This document shows positions 1 through 9,967 of a stretch of 64,000 nt of DNA, one piece after another (the first letter of the stretch is position 1; the number at the start of each line of letters is the position of its first letter). A program made the position numbers and the translations under genes. The notes under the pieces are model-generated. The model was not told where the DNA came from. It saw only the letters and a program-made list of their open reading frames with translations, and did not search any database. Source of the DNA: Thermoplasmata archaeon (GTDB lineage: Archaea > Thermoplasmatota > Thermoplasmata > GCA-020350865); NCBI GenBank assembly GCA_020348445.1, contig CP070751.1:2047948-2111947 (forward strand). The letters run 5' to 3'.

Positions 1-1567
1 TTTTGATCTTCTGGGCAGTGAAGTTTGCCCAAGACACCAGTTCTTGGATTGCCCCAATGGTCGTGTCATTACTTGACCATTCTGCCTCAACATCCCCCAA
101 GTAGCCTGCAGTGTCGTTGTAGGATGCTGCATAAAACTGATCCTTCTGCCATACAAAATAAAATTCATTTGAAACAATGTTGCCTAATCCATTTGATTGA
201 TCTCTAATTTGAATATAATCGACAGTTGGTGAGCTTACCAAGTATTTTATAGAATCAGTATTTCCCTGGTAGCTAATGTTGAACCATACAAATCCAGATA
301 TTGTGCCAAAATAGATATCGTTTTTTACTGCTGGTGTGGGTCCAAGAAGAATCGAGTCTCCCCCTTCAGCTGTCCAGTCTGAACTAACAGTGCCTATAAA
401 ACCCTCAGAAATATTATATGCTGAACAGTAACCTGACACCAAATCACCAACAGAAACGGTCTCGCCAACCAAGGGAGAACCGTCTGGAAAGTCAGTTATT
501 TTTATGAAGTCCACAGTATGCGTAGTAATTAAAAAGTGGACACTATCTCTAAACGGACCATAACTCACATTTAAATAAATATGACCCGGAACGTCTCCCA
601 CATCGATACCATTGGACTTCGAGGGTGAAGGAGCCAAAAGCGATGACGTTCCCCCTTCGGCAGTCCAGTTTACAACCTCAACTCCAATAAAGCCGTGTGT
701 AATATTGTAAACAGAGCAATTGTACCACTCAGAAAATCCCGCAGGTACAATTCCTCCGTCAACACGTATCCCGTCAGGAACATCGGTAATTTCTATAAAG
801 TCCACAGTGGGAGGTGACATAATGGTTATAAAAGGTCCTGCGCCTTCACCCAAATGCATGTTTTCATAATTATCGATAGCGCCTCCGTCATCGAAACGGT
901 ATCCCTTTAAACATATTTTGATGGAATAATAATATTCAACTCTACCCAGTACTTGCGTGTCATTGAAATAGGTATCTGTTAATGGATTTGCCATATCCCC
1001 ACCAACTAAAGACCAATCGGCATCTCCATTAGAGCTTCCGTTTGTGGTGCTCCTATATACAGTGTAGCCTGCAACAAGGCCATTGGGATCGCTAATTGGG
1101 CTCCAGGTTATGTTTATGAAATTAAAACCAAAATCTGCAACTCTTGGAATGGGGATTCTCTGCAGCTCGATGGGGGGTGTGTTCTGAAGTCCGTCGGAAT
1201 TCAATATTGTACTCGTGAAGGCAATATATCCTGTCCTATCGTCAGTTTCATAACTTCCGCTTTCTCTCTCAACAATAATTATACAAGGATCGCCAACCTT
1301 CCAATCATTTAGATCATTTTCCAAGAATGGGTCATAATAATCTATATCGCCTGTGGTTTTGATATCATCGACACCATTGCCTTCGTTCGTTCTGTTCTGA
1401 ACATAATAAAAAACCAGCCCGTTCTTGGCCAAATTAAAATCAAAGGCTCTTACCCTGGTTATGGTGTTTGGAATTACTTCACCCTTAACCTGCTTTGTAC
1501 TGGTATCAGCCTTTACAGTTGCCATGGAGACAGTAAAACACATAATCAATATCATGCCAATGAGCAT
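1..1567 (-). CDS. Secreted/surface protein with FN3-like domain and Ig-like VDYI.I.D repeats; runs off the left edge of the window; absent from the ORF track
   Basis: Hand translation is open from ATG 1567 (possible TTG 1621) to position 2: MLIGMILIMCFTVSMATVKA (signal-like)...INITWSPISDPNGLVAGYTVYRST (FN3)...VDFIEITDVPDG, VDFIKITDFPDG, VDYIQIRDQSNGLGNIV...FYAASYNDTAGYLGDV, matching repeats of 2030-6970. Confidence 0.9.
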   Translation of the reverse strand, partial: MLIGMILIMCFTVSMATVKADTSTKQVKGEVIPNTITRVRAFDFNLAKNGLVFYYVQNRTNEGNGVDDIKTTGDIDYYDPFLENDLNDWKVGDPCIIIVERESGSYETDDRTGYIAFTSTILNSDGLQNTPPIELQRIPIPRVADFGFNFINITWSPISDPNGLVAGYTVYRSTTNGSSNGDADWSLVGGDMANPLTDTYFNDTQVLGRVEYYYSIKICLKGYRFDDGGAIDNYENMHLGEGAGPFITIMSPPTVDFIEITDVPDGIRVDGGIVPAGFSEWYNCSVYNITHGFIGVEVVNWTAEGGTSSLLAPSPSKSNGIDVGDVPGHIYLNVSYGPFRDSVHFLITTHTVDFIKITDFPDGSPLVGETVSVGDLVSGYCSAYNISEGFIGTVSSDWTAEGGDSILLGPTPAVKNDIYFGTISGFVWFNISYQGNTDSIKYLVSSPTVDYIQIRDQSNGLGNIVSNEFYFVWQKDQFYAASYNDTAGYLGDVEAEWSSNDTTIGAIQELVSWANFTAQKIK

Positions 1568-1950
1568 TTGTGCCAGTACTTTGTTTTTCTTAATGACTAT
1601 CCCTCGGCTTTTCTTTGTCAAAACCAATTATAATGGGTGTCGAATATACTTTTTTCCCTATTTTTTTATATTTTTGACGTTAACTGATTCCATTTATAAT
1701 AACCCAGGTTTTTTGTTCATATTTGTTGTTCAATACCTCCTAGATTTGTTATTTGACATTGGATATGATCATTTTTTATGAATTCCAAGGTCCTCAAATC
1801 ACAGCGATTCCCAATCCCACCTCCCCTTCCAATACCATAATATGGCATTTACGGGTACTAATATGCTAGAGACATTATAAAAGGAGTTTGGTACGATTTT
1901 TTGCCTTTAATATTATGACTGGATGGTGGACCATGTGTAATATATAATAG

Positions 1951-2011
1951 AAAAAAGGTGGATGGAGGGGGTAATGGAGGCATATTTTAATTGGCATCCT
2001 CCCCCCATCCC
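1951..2011 (-). terminator. GC-rich hairpin plus U-tract downstream of the 1646-aa gene
   Basis: On the minus strand GGAUGGGGGG pairs with CCCUCCAUCC (one G-U) and is followed by ACCUUUUUUC, about 20 nt after the stop at 2030. Confidence 0.6.
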
Positions 2012-2029
2012 GATAAGCACAAACATATA

Positions 2030-5000
2030 TTAAACGCTCATAGCTTTAGAAGGGTAATACCTGCTTTCCCTCCCTACCATCTCTTTCTCGATCATACCTT
2101 CCCTTTCAAGTTTTGCCAGGTGATATCCTGCCACCTGACGGCTGATACCAATTTTTGAGGCCACCTTCTTTTGACTGATACCTGAATTCCTCTTTATGAT
2201 CCCCACTATTTTCTCCTGAATATCACTAAGAGGAGTTTTACCAATTTCTGCCTTTGGGTACCCTGTTGGGTAAAAGCGTTTCTTTAAACCGTCCTGCTTG
2301 GAATAAATAAGGTGTGCTCTGGCTAGCTGTCTGATGTGATCTGCAAGTTGGCCATTACCAAGCTCTAGATCATGTTTTATCAATCCGAAATGTGCACCTG
2401 GATTACCGATTATATATCCAAGGATCTTGTATCGTGTAGGCTGGTCCAGTACCTTATCTTTCTTAATCCTGGAATACAGCGGGAGGAACAACATCAATAA
2501 TCCATATTTTACAACTTCAATGGATAATCCGGCCAAACTGAAGGCTCCTATAAATCCAACCAAAAGAACCAAAGCCCAAGGAAACGCCTGTTCTGAGGAT
2601 TTGATAATCACCTCTTTACTCTCAAGAGATATCACCGTCTCGGTATTTTCTTCAATTGAAATCACAGATTCAGCAGAGAGTGAATCCTTTGTTACCAAAA
2701 TACGATATGGATTATAGGATACTGTGGATGTTGAATCCTGAAATTGCACAGTTAATGGTGTCTGTTCTATCCATCCATCCGAGTCTGTTATGTGCGAGGA
2801 CACAACTGTATTAAAGACATCATATATTAAAACTGCAGCATCTTTGACTGGATTTCCCTCTTCATCAACAACTCTTACTCTCAGGAACCACTGATCCTCC
2901 AATCCTGAGATGTCGTCCAATTGATAACTCTCGATTACAGAATTGACCTTTGTAGCAGTTGTATCCTTTAGCCACAATTCTTTGATAGTGGAATCAACAA
3001 ATAACATCTTGGAGTCAGTCAATATGTTGTCTTTAACTACCAATGAATCTGCAAATTCAGCATATATTCCATAATTGGTAATTTCGCTGATTTTGTTGTT
3101 TGAAAGTGTGGGTGAAGAATATTCACAGTAAATTCCATAGTCTGCATCAGATATCGTGTTATGTGCAATATAGGGAGAGGCTCTGATTAAATAGATACCA
3201 TATTTGTTTCTGGATGCTATATTGTTGGTTATGGATATGGTTGAGGCATTTTCCACCATAATTGCTATGTAGTTGTCCTCCAAAGTGTTACCATCAAATT
3301 CCAATGTATCAAGAGGAATGTCCGGGTCGTAATAATACGCTATATGATTATGATGGAAACGGTTCCAATTGAAGCAGTTTCTCAGCTGGGAATCGTAATC
3401 CTTTGCCCCATACACGGTGTTATACGATATCTCGTTATATCTGATAGCGTCATTGTAGGCCTCAAATGTAACGATGCCATTTTGTCCGCCAGTGATCTTG
3501 TTATAGGTAATCCAACCGCCAGTTGTACGATAATTATAGAGGCCATAATCATAATCCCTGATTATATTATAAGTAATTTTTGTGGAATCTGATTCATCGC
3601 AATATATTCCATATTCGCCGTTCTGAATGGTGAAGCCACTTATTCTTACATTATCGCCAGTTAAATAAATCACCTTTCCGTAACCTTGTCCATCAATTAT
3701 GACTGTGTCCCTGTCCTCACCCATGAGGATAATTGATTTGCTTATGGTAAGATGCTCGAAATAAGTTCCGCTGTAGACATACACTGTATTACCATCTTTT
3801 GCATTATCAATTGCCTCTTGGATGGATGTGAAATGCGCTCCACCACTGTCGTCCACTGTGATATTGTCAGGTAAGGTCACTGTCAAGGTACCTGTCGTAT
3901 CAGTTATTCCTCCACCATAATCTGCAGTCACAACGCAGGTTCCCATACCAACGGCAGTGAATTTCGTAGAAGAGCCCGAAGAAGGATCCACGGTCCCTAC
4001 ACTCTCGTCATCGCTTGACCAAGATACGCTAACATCTTCAAAATATCCTGCAGTATTGTTAAATGCTGCAGCATAGAACATGTCGGGATCTCCGATGATA
4101 TAGAGCATTTCTCCAACCTCATCACCCAAACCATCAGGAGCATTCATGATCTTCATATAATCAATAGTTGGTTTTTGTACTGTTACCTGAGTTGTGGCAC
4201 TATGGCCCATCCATTCATAGAGAGAGATCCTCACAGTACCATAATTGGTGTTGCTACATGTAATGGATGAGGATACACCGTAAGTTGTGACCTCTACGAT
4301 GTCGGTATTGCTGCTGGTCCAAATCGATGTACTGGCTACATCGATGAGATAGCCTTCACTGTAGTTGTACATTGCTCCATAAAATGTGGTTGAATGTCCT
4401 ACAGGGTAGCTGGGATAGTTAGCCGGATCGCTTAAGTCTATCCCTCCTCCATTGGGTGCATCCCTAATCAGTATATAATCCACGTTCCAGAATAATACAG
4501 TTACTGCCGTGGAGTAAATGTGGCTTGCACCGTCATTCAACTTCACTGTTACGGTACCCCAATTTGTATCATTGCATGTGACGGCAGAGAAATTCCCGGG
4601 GCTTGTAACCTCGACAATTGATGTGTCTGTGCTTGTCCAACTGGACGTTTGTGGAACAGTGCCGATGAAATTAACTGTGTTGTTGTATGAAGCCCCATAA
4701 TATACATCTATAGCCCCTCTTTGATAGCTGATACTGCTAATCGGGGCTCCTCCCCCATTATCAGCAGAACGGATCTGAACATAATCGACTCTCGGGGCAA
4801 GAACAGTAAGTGTGCCTGTTGTATTGCTGAAGCTTTTATAAGTCGCCATAACCTTGCATGTACTATCAGTTGTCACCCATTGTGCAGTGAAGGTAGTAAA
4901 AACACCTGGTGAAGTTACTTTGCCCACATCTGTATCATCGCTGTCCCACGACGCGATTACATCTGTTACATAACCGTATGTGTAGTTGAATGCAATTGCA

Positions 5001-6970
5001 TAGAAAGTATCAGTGTCCCATACACTATAGGTTTTATCGCCTATATGATTACCGGAACCACCAGGAGCGTCCATAATAGATATGTAATCAATTGTATAGC
5101 TGAAAACAGTTAAAGTTGTACTGTTCCAAACCCCGAAGGCCCATATTCCTATGACAGATGTACCTGTGTTAGTATCGCTGCATGTGATGATAGCTTGGCT
5201 TCCTTGAACTGTAATGGTAGCTACACTCAAATTTGAACTGTTCCAAAATGCATCTTGGCCTGGGTACGCAGACAATATATCACATAGATAACCGTTTGTT
5301 CTGTTATATAAAGCTCCATAATATATGTCCACACTTCCCAATACGTAATAAGGATCTGTAACGACATTTCCTCCTCCATTTGGAGCATCGCGAATTTGAA
5401 CATAATCAACGGTGGCAGAAGAGACTGTAATTATACCTGTATCATCAGTTATCCCACCATAATTAGCAGTGACAATGCATGTTCCATCTGCTATAGGATC
5501 AAAATATGTTGAATAACCTGGTGATGATACGTTGCCAACACTGTCATTGCTGCTCATCCAAGTTACATACACACCTCCTAGATAGCCATGCGTGTCGTTG
5601 TATGCCACTGCAAAAAAGACCTCTCCGTAATTCCAGGTGAAGTAGAACCTGTCTCCAACCTCGTTATCATAACTGTCTACAATCGTGATAGAATCCACTT
5701 TAGCTACAGTGATGACGCCAGTGTCATCTGTTATGCTTCCTCCATAATCTGCGGAAACGATACAAGTGCCCGGTCCTCGTGCTCTAAATGTGGTAGAAGA
5801 ATCATTGCCATTCACTTCTCCAACACTGGGATTACTGCTAGTCCAGTTCACTGAGACATCGCCTACATATCCCACCGTATTATTATAGCCTGCGGCAAAG
5901 TATTCATCTGTATCTCCAATCTTATACAACATATCCTCGACAGGGGAGCCCATGTTTCCATAAGAGTCGCGGATGATAATATAGTCTACATCATATGTTT
6001 TTACAGTGATAATGCCTGTGTTATTAAATAATCCGCCATTTATATATACATTCACAATACAAGTTCCTGGCCCTATTGCCCTGAAAAATGCAGATTCGTT
6101 TTCTTGGCTATCTACAAATGCGACCATTGTATTGTTGCTCCACCATTCCCCTATCATATCCCGTAGGAAACCAAATGTATCATTATAGGCTGCTGCCCAA
6201 AACAAATCTGTCTGTCCAACATAATATGTTCTATCAAAAACAACCTCCCCACCACCATCAGGACCATCACGGATAATTAGTTCATCTATTGTATATACCG
6301 TAAGTATACCTGTATCGTTGGTAATCCCTCCGCCATAATTTGCCGTGACAACACAAGTTCCCCCTCCTAAAGCATAAAATGATGTCTGAGAGTGATTTGT
6401 GGTCACTGTTCCAACATTCTCATCGCTGCTTGTCCAATTCACTTTTACATCACCGACGTAGCCGAATGATATATTATATCCTGCAGCGTAGAATGTGTCG
6501 ACATCCCATTGAACATAAGTGCGTGGTCCTACCCAATTACCACCGTTTCTTGGCTGGTCTCTGATAATTATGTAATCAACTGATGGGGGAGAGATTTCTA
6601 TATCAAATGAATCTGACAGTCCCAAAGAACTGTTATAAACAGTCTGCTTAAACAAACCAGGAGTTCCACCAGCTGTGAATGTGGAATTTGTACCCAAATT
6701 TGGAGACCAAATACCTCCTCCCCCGGTCCAATTCACCTCTACCAAGTCCACATAACCGGTTGTGGTATTATAACCAGAAGCATAGGCTGTAACCTGTCCC
6801 CCTATATCTACGACAACTGTTGTTAGTTCTGTCCCATCAGGTGCATCAGTAAGAACAATGTAATCTATCCCTTGAGCCCTTGAATCTTCCTGATAAAAAA
6901 GAAAGATGCTCAACATGATCAAACCGAACAACACTAGACTTAATAGCTTTCCTTTCCTCATATTCATCAC
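2030..6970 (-). CDS. Surface glycoprotein: ~10 Ig-like repeats, NosD/CASH beta-helix, beta-sandwich cap, TM segment and C-terminal tandem winged-HTH (COG3398-like)
   Basis: Signal peptide; repeats VDYIIIRD..NG.G...FYAAGYN.T.GY..DV...W.S; ITVDDSGGAHFTSIQEAID followed by I.yN.I coils; hydrophobic FPWALVLLVGFIGAFSLAGL; then LDQPTRYKILGYIIGNPGAHF and LSDIQEKIVGIIKRNSGISQKKVASKIGISRQVAGYHLAKLEREGMI. Confidence 0.85.
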   Translation of the reverse strand: MMNMRKGKLLSLVLFGLIMLSIFLFYQEDSRAQGIDYIVLTDAPDGTELTTVVVDIGGQVTAYASGYNTTTGYVDLVEVNWTGGGGIWSPNLGTNSTFTAGGTPGLFKQTVYNSSLGLSDSFDIEISPPSVDYIIIRDQPRNGGNWVGPRTYVQWDVDTFYAAGYNISFGYVGDVKVNWTSSDENVGTVTTNHSQTSFYALGGGTCVVTANYGGGITNDTGILTVYTIDELIIRDGPDGGGEVVFDRTYYVGQTDLFWAAAYNDTFGFLRDMIGEWWSNNTMVAFVDSQENESAFFRAIGPGTCIVNVYINGGLFNNTGIITVKTYDVDYIIIRDSYGNMGSPVEDMLYKIGDTDEYFAAGYNNTVGYVGDVSVNWTSSNPSVGEVNGNDSSTTFRARGPGTCIVSADYGGSITDDTGVITVAKVDSITIVDSYDNEVGDRFYFTWNYGEVFFAVAYNDTHGYLGGVYVTWMSSNDSVGNVSSPGYSTYFDPIADGTCIVTANYGGITDDTGIITVSSATVDYVQIRDAPNGGGNVVTDPYYVLGSVDIYYGALYNRTNGYLCDILSAYPGQDAFWNSSNLSVATITVQGSQAIITCSDTNTGTSVIGIWAFGVWNSTTLTVFSYTIDYISIMDAPGGSGNHIGDKTYSVWDTDTFYAIAFNYTYGYVTDVIASWDSDDTDVGKVTSPGVFTTFTAQWVTTDSTCKVMATYKSFSNTTGTLTVLAPRVDYVQIRSADNGGGAPISSISYQRGAIDVYYGASYNNTVNFIGTVPQTSSWTSTDTSIVEVTSPGNFSAVTCNDTNWGTVTVKLNDGASHIYSTAVTVLFWNVDYILIRDAPNGGGIDLSDPANYPSYPVGHSTTFYGAMYNYSEGYLIDVASTSIWTSSNTDIVEVTTYGVSSSITCSNTNYGTVRISLYEWMGHSATTQVTVQKPTIDYMKIMNAPDGLGDEVGEMLYIIGDPDMFYAAAFNNTAGYFEDVSVSWSSDDESVGTVDPSSGSSTKFTAVGMGTCVVTADYGGGITDTTGTLTVTLPDNITVDDSGGAHFTSIQEAIDNAKDGNTVYVYSGTYFEHLTISKSIILMGEDRDTVIIDGQGYGKVIYLTGDNVRISGFTIQNGEYGIYCDESDSTKITYNIIRDYDYGLYNYRTTGGWITYNKITGGQNGIVTFEAYNDAIRYNEISYNTVYGAKDYDSQLRNCFNWNRFHHNHIAYYYDPDIPLDTLEFDGNTLEDNYIAIMVENASTISITNNIASRNKYGIYLIRASPYIAHNTISDADYGIYCEYSSPTLSNNKISEITNYGIYAEFADSLVVKDNILTDSKMLFVDSTIKELWLKDTTATKVNSVIESYQLDDISGLEDQWFLRVRVVDEEGNPVKDAAVLIYDVFNTVVSSHITDSDGWIEQTPLTVQFQDSTSTVSYNPYRILVTKDSLSAESVISIEENTETVISLESKEVIIKSSEQAFPWALVLLVGFIGAFSLAGLSIEVVKYGLLMLFLPLYSRIKKDKVLDQPTRYKILGYIIGNPGAHFGLIKHDLELGNGQLADHIRQLARAHLIYSKQDGLKKRFYPTGYPKAEIGKTPLSDIQEKIVGIIKRNSGISQKKVASKIGISRQVAGYHLAKLEREGMIEKEMVGRESRYYPSKAMSV

Positions 6971-7118
6971 TTGCCGGTATATATGAAAGTGCCAATATAA
7001 ATGAAGTTCGGGATGCTTTTTTGCGTATTATATATGATTTTTGGAGCGCTTTTTTGCATTTTCTTAGCTTGGAAGGAAAATAAGTTAAAAAACAGGATAA
7101 TACACAGGAATTGGGGAT

Positions 7119-7979
7119 TTATTTGTTCAAACTACCCATCCTGTATCCCTCCAAATCGAGGGTTACAAATTTGAAGCCAAGATCTTTAATTTTGGGCACC
7201 AATTTCCTAATTTCACTTAAATCGAGTTCTTCATCCTTCCCTATTTCGATTCTGGCTAAATCACCGTGGTATCTCACGCGGACATCATGAAAACCCAGCA
7301 TTTTAAGCTCATTCTCAGCTATCTCTATCTTTTTTAGACCTTCCTCATCAATTGGCATATCTTTTGGAAATCTGGAGGAAAGACAGGCCATTTGAGGTTT
7401 GTCCCATGTTGGCAGGGCCAAGGCTTTTGAAATTGCCCTTATGTCCTTCTTTCTCAGCTCAGCCTCCAAAAGTGGGCTCTTCACATGGTTCTTTGCGGCA
7501 GCATCCCTTCCAGGCCTAATGTCATCCAAGTCATCGAAGTTGGAGCCGTCAAATACATGGATATAACCTTCATTTGCCTTTATCTCATTTAAAATGCAGA
7601 ACAAACCATCTTTGCAGTAAAAGCACCGCATCTCATCGTTTCTTTTGAAGTTCTCGTCTTCCAGCTCGTTATGTGGTAGAATGCGGTGATTTAGGTTATA
7701 TTTTCTAGCAAACTCCTTTGCTTCGGACAGTTCATTTCTTGGAAGTGTGGGCGAGTCGGCTGTGACACAAAGAGATTTACCCAGCAATTGACTGCAGAGA
7801 TATGCCAAAAGAGAACTGTCAACCCCTCCTGAGAATGCCACCACACCGCTTTCACATTTTTTAATAATATCGCATAATTTGAGGAATTTCATTGCAAGCT
7901 TGGGATCTTCTTTCATTAGAAGCTCCAATGTTTTCTTGATATCAACTGCAAAGGTACTTCTGCTTTCCATCATATCCAA
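7119..7979 (-). CDS. larE: LarE/TIGR00268-family ATP-dependent sulfur transferase (start may be ATG 7970 or 7916)
   Basis: PP-loop VAFSGGVDS, RCFYCK, DGSNFDDLDDIRPG, WDKPQMACLSSRF, VRVRYHGDLARIE, GFKFVTLDLEGYRMGSLN. Confidence 0.85.
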   Translation of the reverse strand: MDMMESRSTFAVDIKKTLELLMKEDPKLAMKFLKLCDIIKKCESGVVAFSGGVDSSLLAYLCSQLLGKSLCVTADSPTLPRNELSEAKEFARKYNLNHRILPHNELEDENFKRNDEMRCFYCKDGLFCILNEIKANEGYIHVFDGSNFDDLDDIRPGRDAAAKNHVKSPLLEAELRKKDIRAISKALALPTWDKPQMACLSSRFPKDMPIDEEGLKKIEIAENELKMLGFHDVRVRYHGDLARIEIGKDEELDLSEIRKLVPKIKDLGFKFVTLDLEGYRMGSLNK

Positions 7980-8077
7980 ACCATAAGAGTAATAGGTTTA
8001 TTGGAATTTCCTATACCCAAATATGCAACAATAGATTATAAATGCTTGGATTTGTATTACCCTTTTAATGTGATAAC

Positions 8078-8680
8078 ATGTATTCAATAGAGGATGGTAA
8101 GTTCGCAGTAAAAACGGCCAGGAATTTTGTTAGTGCCGCTGTTTCGGGTAAAACGGCTGAAATGGCCGATATTCCCCAGAAATTCCAAGAAAAATCCGGT
8201 GTATTTGTTACTTTAAATACTTTTCCAAAGCATAATCTCAGAGGTTGCATAGGGTACATTGAGCCCATTTTCCCTTTAATAGAGGCCCTAAAGAAAGCAA
8301 GCGAAAGCGCCGCTCTCCACGATCCCAGGTTTCCACCAGTTCGAGAGGAGGAGCTCGAATCCCTTGTAATTGAGGTAAGCCTTCTTACTCCGCCAGAGCT
8401 GATTAAGGTCAAGAAACCCAAACATTATGCAAAAGAGGTAAAAATTGGGAAGGATGGCTTGATAGTTGAAAAAGGAATCAGAAAAGGATTACTTCTACCA
8501 CAGGTTCCTATTGAATGGAATTGGAGTGTGGATGAGTTTTTATCCCATACTTGTATGAAGGCTGGGCTACTTCCCGATAGCTGGCTTGAGGAAGGTATCA
8601 AAATATATAAGTTCACGGCCGAGATATTTAGTGAACGTGAACCTCATGGCGAGATAGTTGAAAAACAACTTAAGGAATAG
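8078..8680 (+). CDS. AMMECR1-domain protein (TIGR00296 family)
   Basis: GVFVTL, LRGCIG, AALHDPRFPPV, IEVSLLTPP, GLLLPQVPIEWNW, FLSHTCMKAGL. Confidence 0.92.
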   Translation: MYSIEDGKFAVKTARNFVSAAVSGKTAEMADIPQKFQEKSGVFVTLNTFPKHNLRGCIGYIEPIFPLIEALKKASESAALHDPRFPPVREEELESLVIEVSLLTPPELIKVKKPKHYAKEVKIGKDGLIVEKGIRKGLLLPQVPIEWNWSVDEFLSHTCMKAGLLPDSWLEEGIKIYKFTAEIFSEREPHGEIVEKQLKE

Positions 8681-8682
8681 AT

Positions 8683-9966
8683 ATGGAATTGGTTATAGAA
8701 GGCAATGCCTTAATCGATAAAGAGATTGTTAAGTGCTGTATTGGGGTTGAGGAGGGCAAGATAAAAGCCATAAAGAAGATTTTAAAAGGGGAAAAACACC
8801 ACGATTTTGGAGATAAACTTATTCTGCCAGGGGCAATTGATGCACATGTGCATTTTCGCGATCCTGGACTCACACATAAGGAGGATTTTGGAACTGGTAC
8901 AACTTCTTGTGCATTCGGAGGAGTGACCTGCGCCCTGGATATGCCCAATACCCTTCCCCCTGTAACAAATATTTTGGCCCTTGAAGAAAAAGCCAGAAAT
9001 GCAGATATGAAGGCTTTTGTGGATTTTGGATTGTTCGCGGGAGTCAGCCTGAATTGTGATATCGAAGCCCTTGCGAAATCTGCAGTTGGCTATAAAATAT
9101 ATTTAGCCACTACTACAGGTGATATGCTTATTGATGATTATAAGGCATTAGAGGGGATTTTCAAAGATATAAATGAAACAGAAAAACCAGTTTCTGTGCA
9201 CTGCGAGGATGAGGCCCTGATGGACAGGACATTAAATCCTGACTCATTGAGAAAGTATCTGAAATCAAGGCCTAATATATGTGAAGAATCAGGAATCAAG
9301 AAAGTGCTAAATAACCGTGGTAATGCAAAGGCACATATCTGTCATGTTTCCACTTCTGAGGGGGCGAGGCTAATCGAAAATGAAAGCATAACCTCGGAAG
9401 TCACACCACATCATCTTTTTTTGAATTCCAACTCAGATATCGGAGCCCTTGGCAAGGTCAATCCACCTCTTCGAGAATCAAAGGATCAAGAGGCACTGTG
9501 GAATGCACTAAGTCAAGGTACTATTGACATCATGGCATCTGATCATGCCCCCCATACCCTTGATGAAAAGGAGCAATTTGAGACTGCAGCCCCTGGTATC
9601 CCTGGTGTTGAGACCATGGTACCTCTGATGCTCTATATGGTAAAGCAGAATAAATTCCAGTTGGAAAGGCTGGTTGATGCAGCATGCAAAAGACCTGGGG
9701 AGATTTTTCACCTGAAAAAAGGAAGGCTTGCCCCTGGTTACGATGCTGATATTATAATGGTGGACATGAGATCTGAGGCAGAAATTAAAGGCAAGAACCT
9801 CCATTCAAAGTGCGGGTGGACACCATTTGAGGGCTTTTCAGCCATATTTCCAAGATTTACCTTTGTAAGAGGAGAAGTGGTAATTGAGGATTGGGAGCTA
9901 ACTGGCGAGAGAGGATATGGTAAAATGGTTATAGGAAATCATATGGGGATGGAAAACAAGGAATGA
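8683..9966 (+). CDS. pyrC: Dihydroorotase (cyclic amidohydrolase family)
   Basis: LPGAIDAHVHFRDPG, KEDF.TGT...AFGGVT..LDMPNT, VHCED, HICHVST, EVTPHHL, KVNPPLR, ASDHAPH; starts 2 nt after the AMMECR1 stop. Confidence 0.8.
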   Translation: MELVIEGNALIDKEIVKCCIGVEEGKIKAIKKILKGEKHHDFGDKLILPGAIDAHVHFRDPGLTHKEDFGTGTTSCAFGGVTCALDMPNTLPPVTNILALEEKARNADMKAFVDFGLFAGVSLNCDIEALAKSAVGYKIYLATTTGDMLIDDYKALEGIFKDINETEKPVSVHCEDEALMDRTLNPDSLRKYLKSRPNICEESGIKKVLNNRGNAKAHICHVSTSEGARLIENESITSEVTPHHLFLNSNSDIGALGKVNPPLRESKDQEALWNALSQGTIDIMASDHAPHTLDEKEQFETAAPGIPGVETMVPLMLYMVKQNKFQLERLVDAACKRPGEIFHLKKGRLAPGYDADIIMVDMRSEAEIKGKNLHSKCGWTPFEGFSAIFPRFTFVRGEVVIEDWELTGERGYGKMVIGNHMGMENKE

Positions 9967-9967
9967 A

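Noticed and set aside
1680-1741. Orphan SD AGGAGGT (minus) followed by 17-aa (TTG) or 8-aa (ATG) micro-ORFs
   Set aside because: SD spacing is 1 or 14 nt, both poor; no other support
25-1781. Plus-strand ORFs 25-207 and 1425-1781
   Set aside because: Antisense shadows of the minus-strand surface-protein gene, which has recognisable repeats
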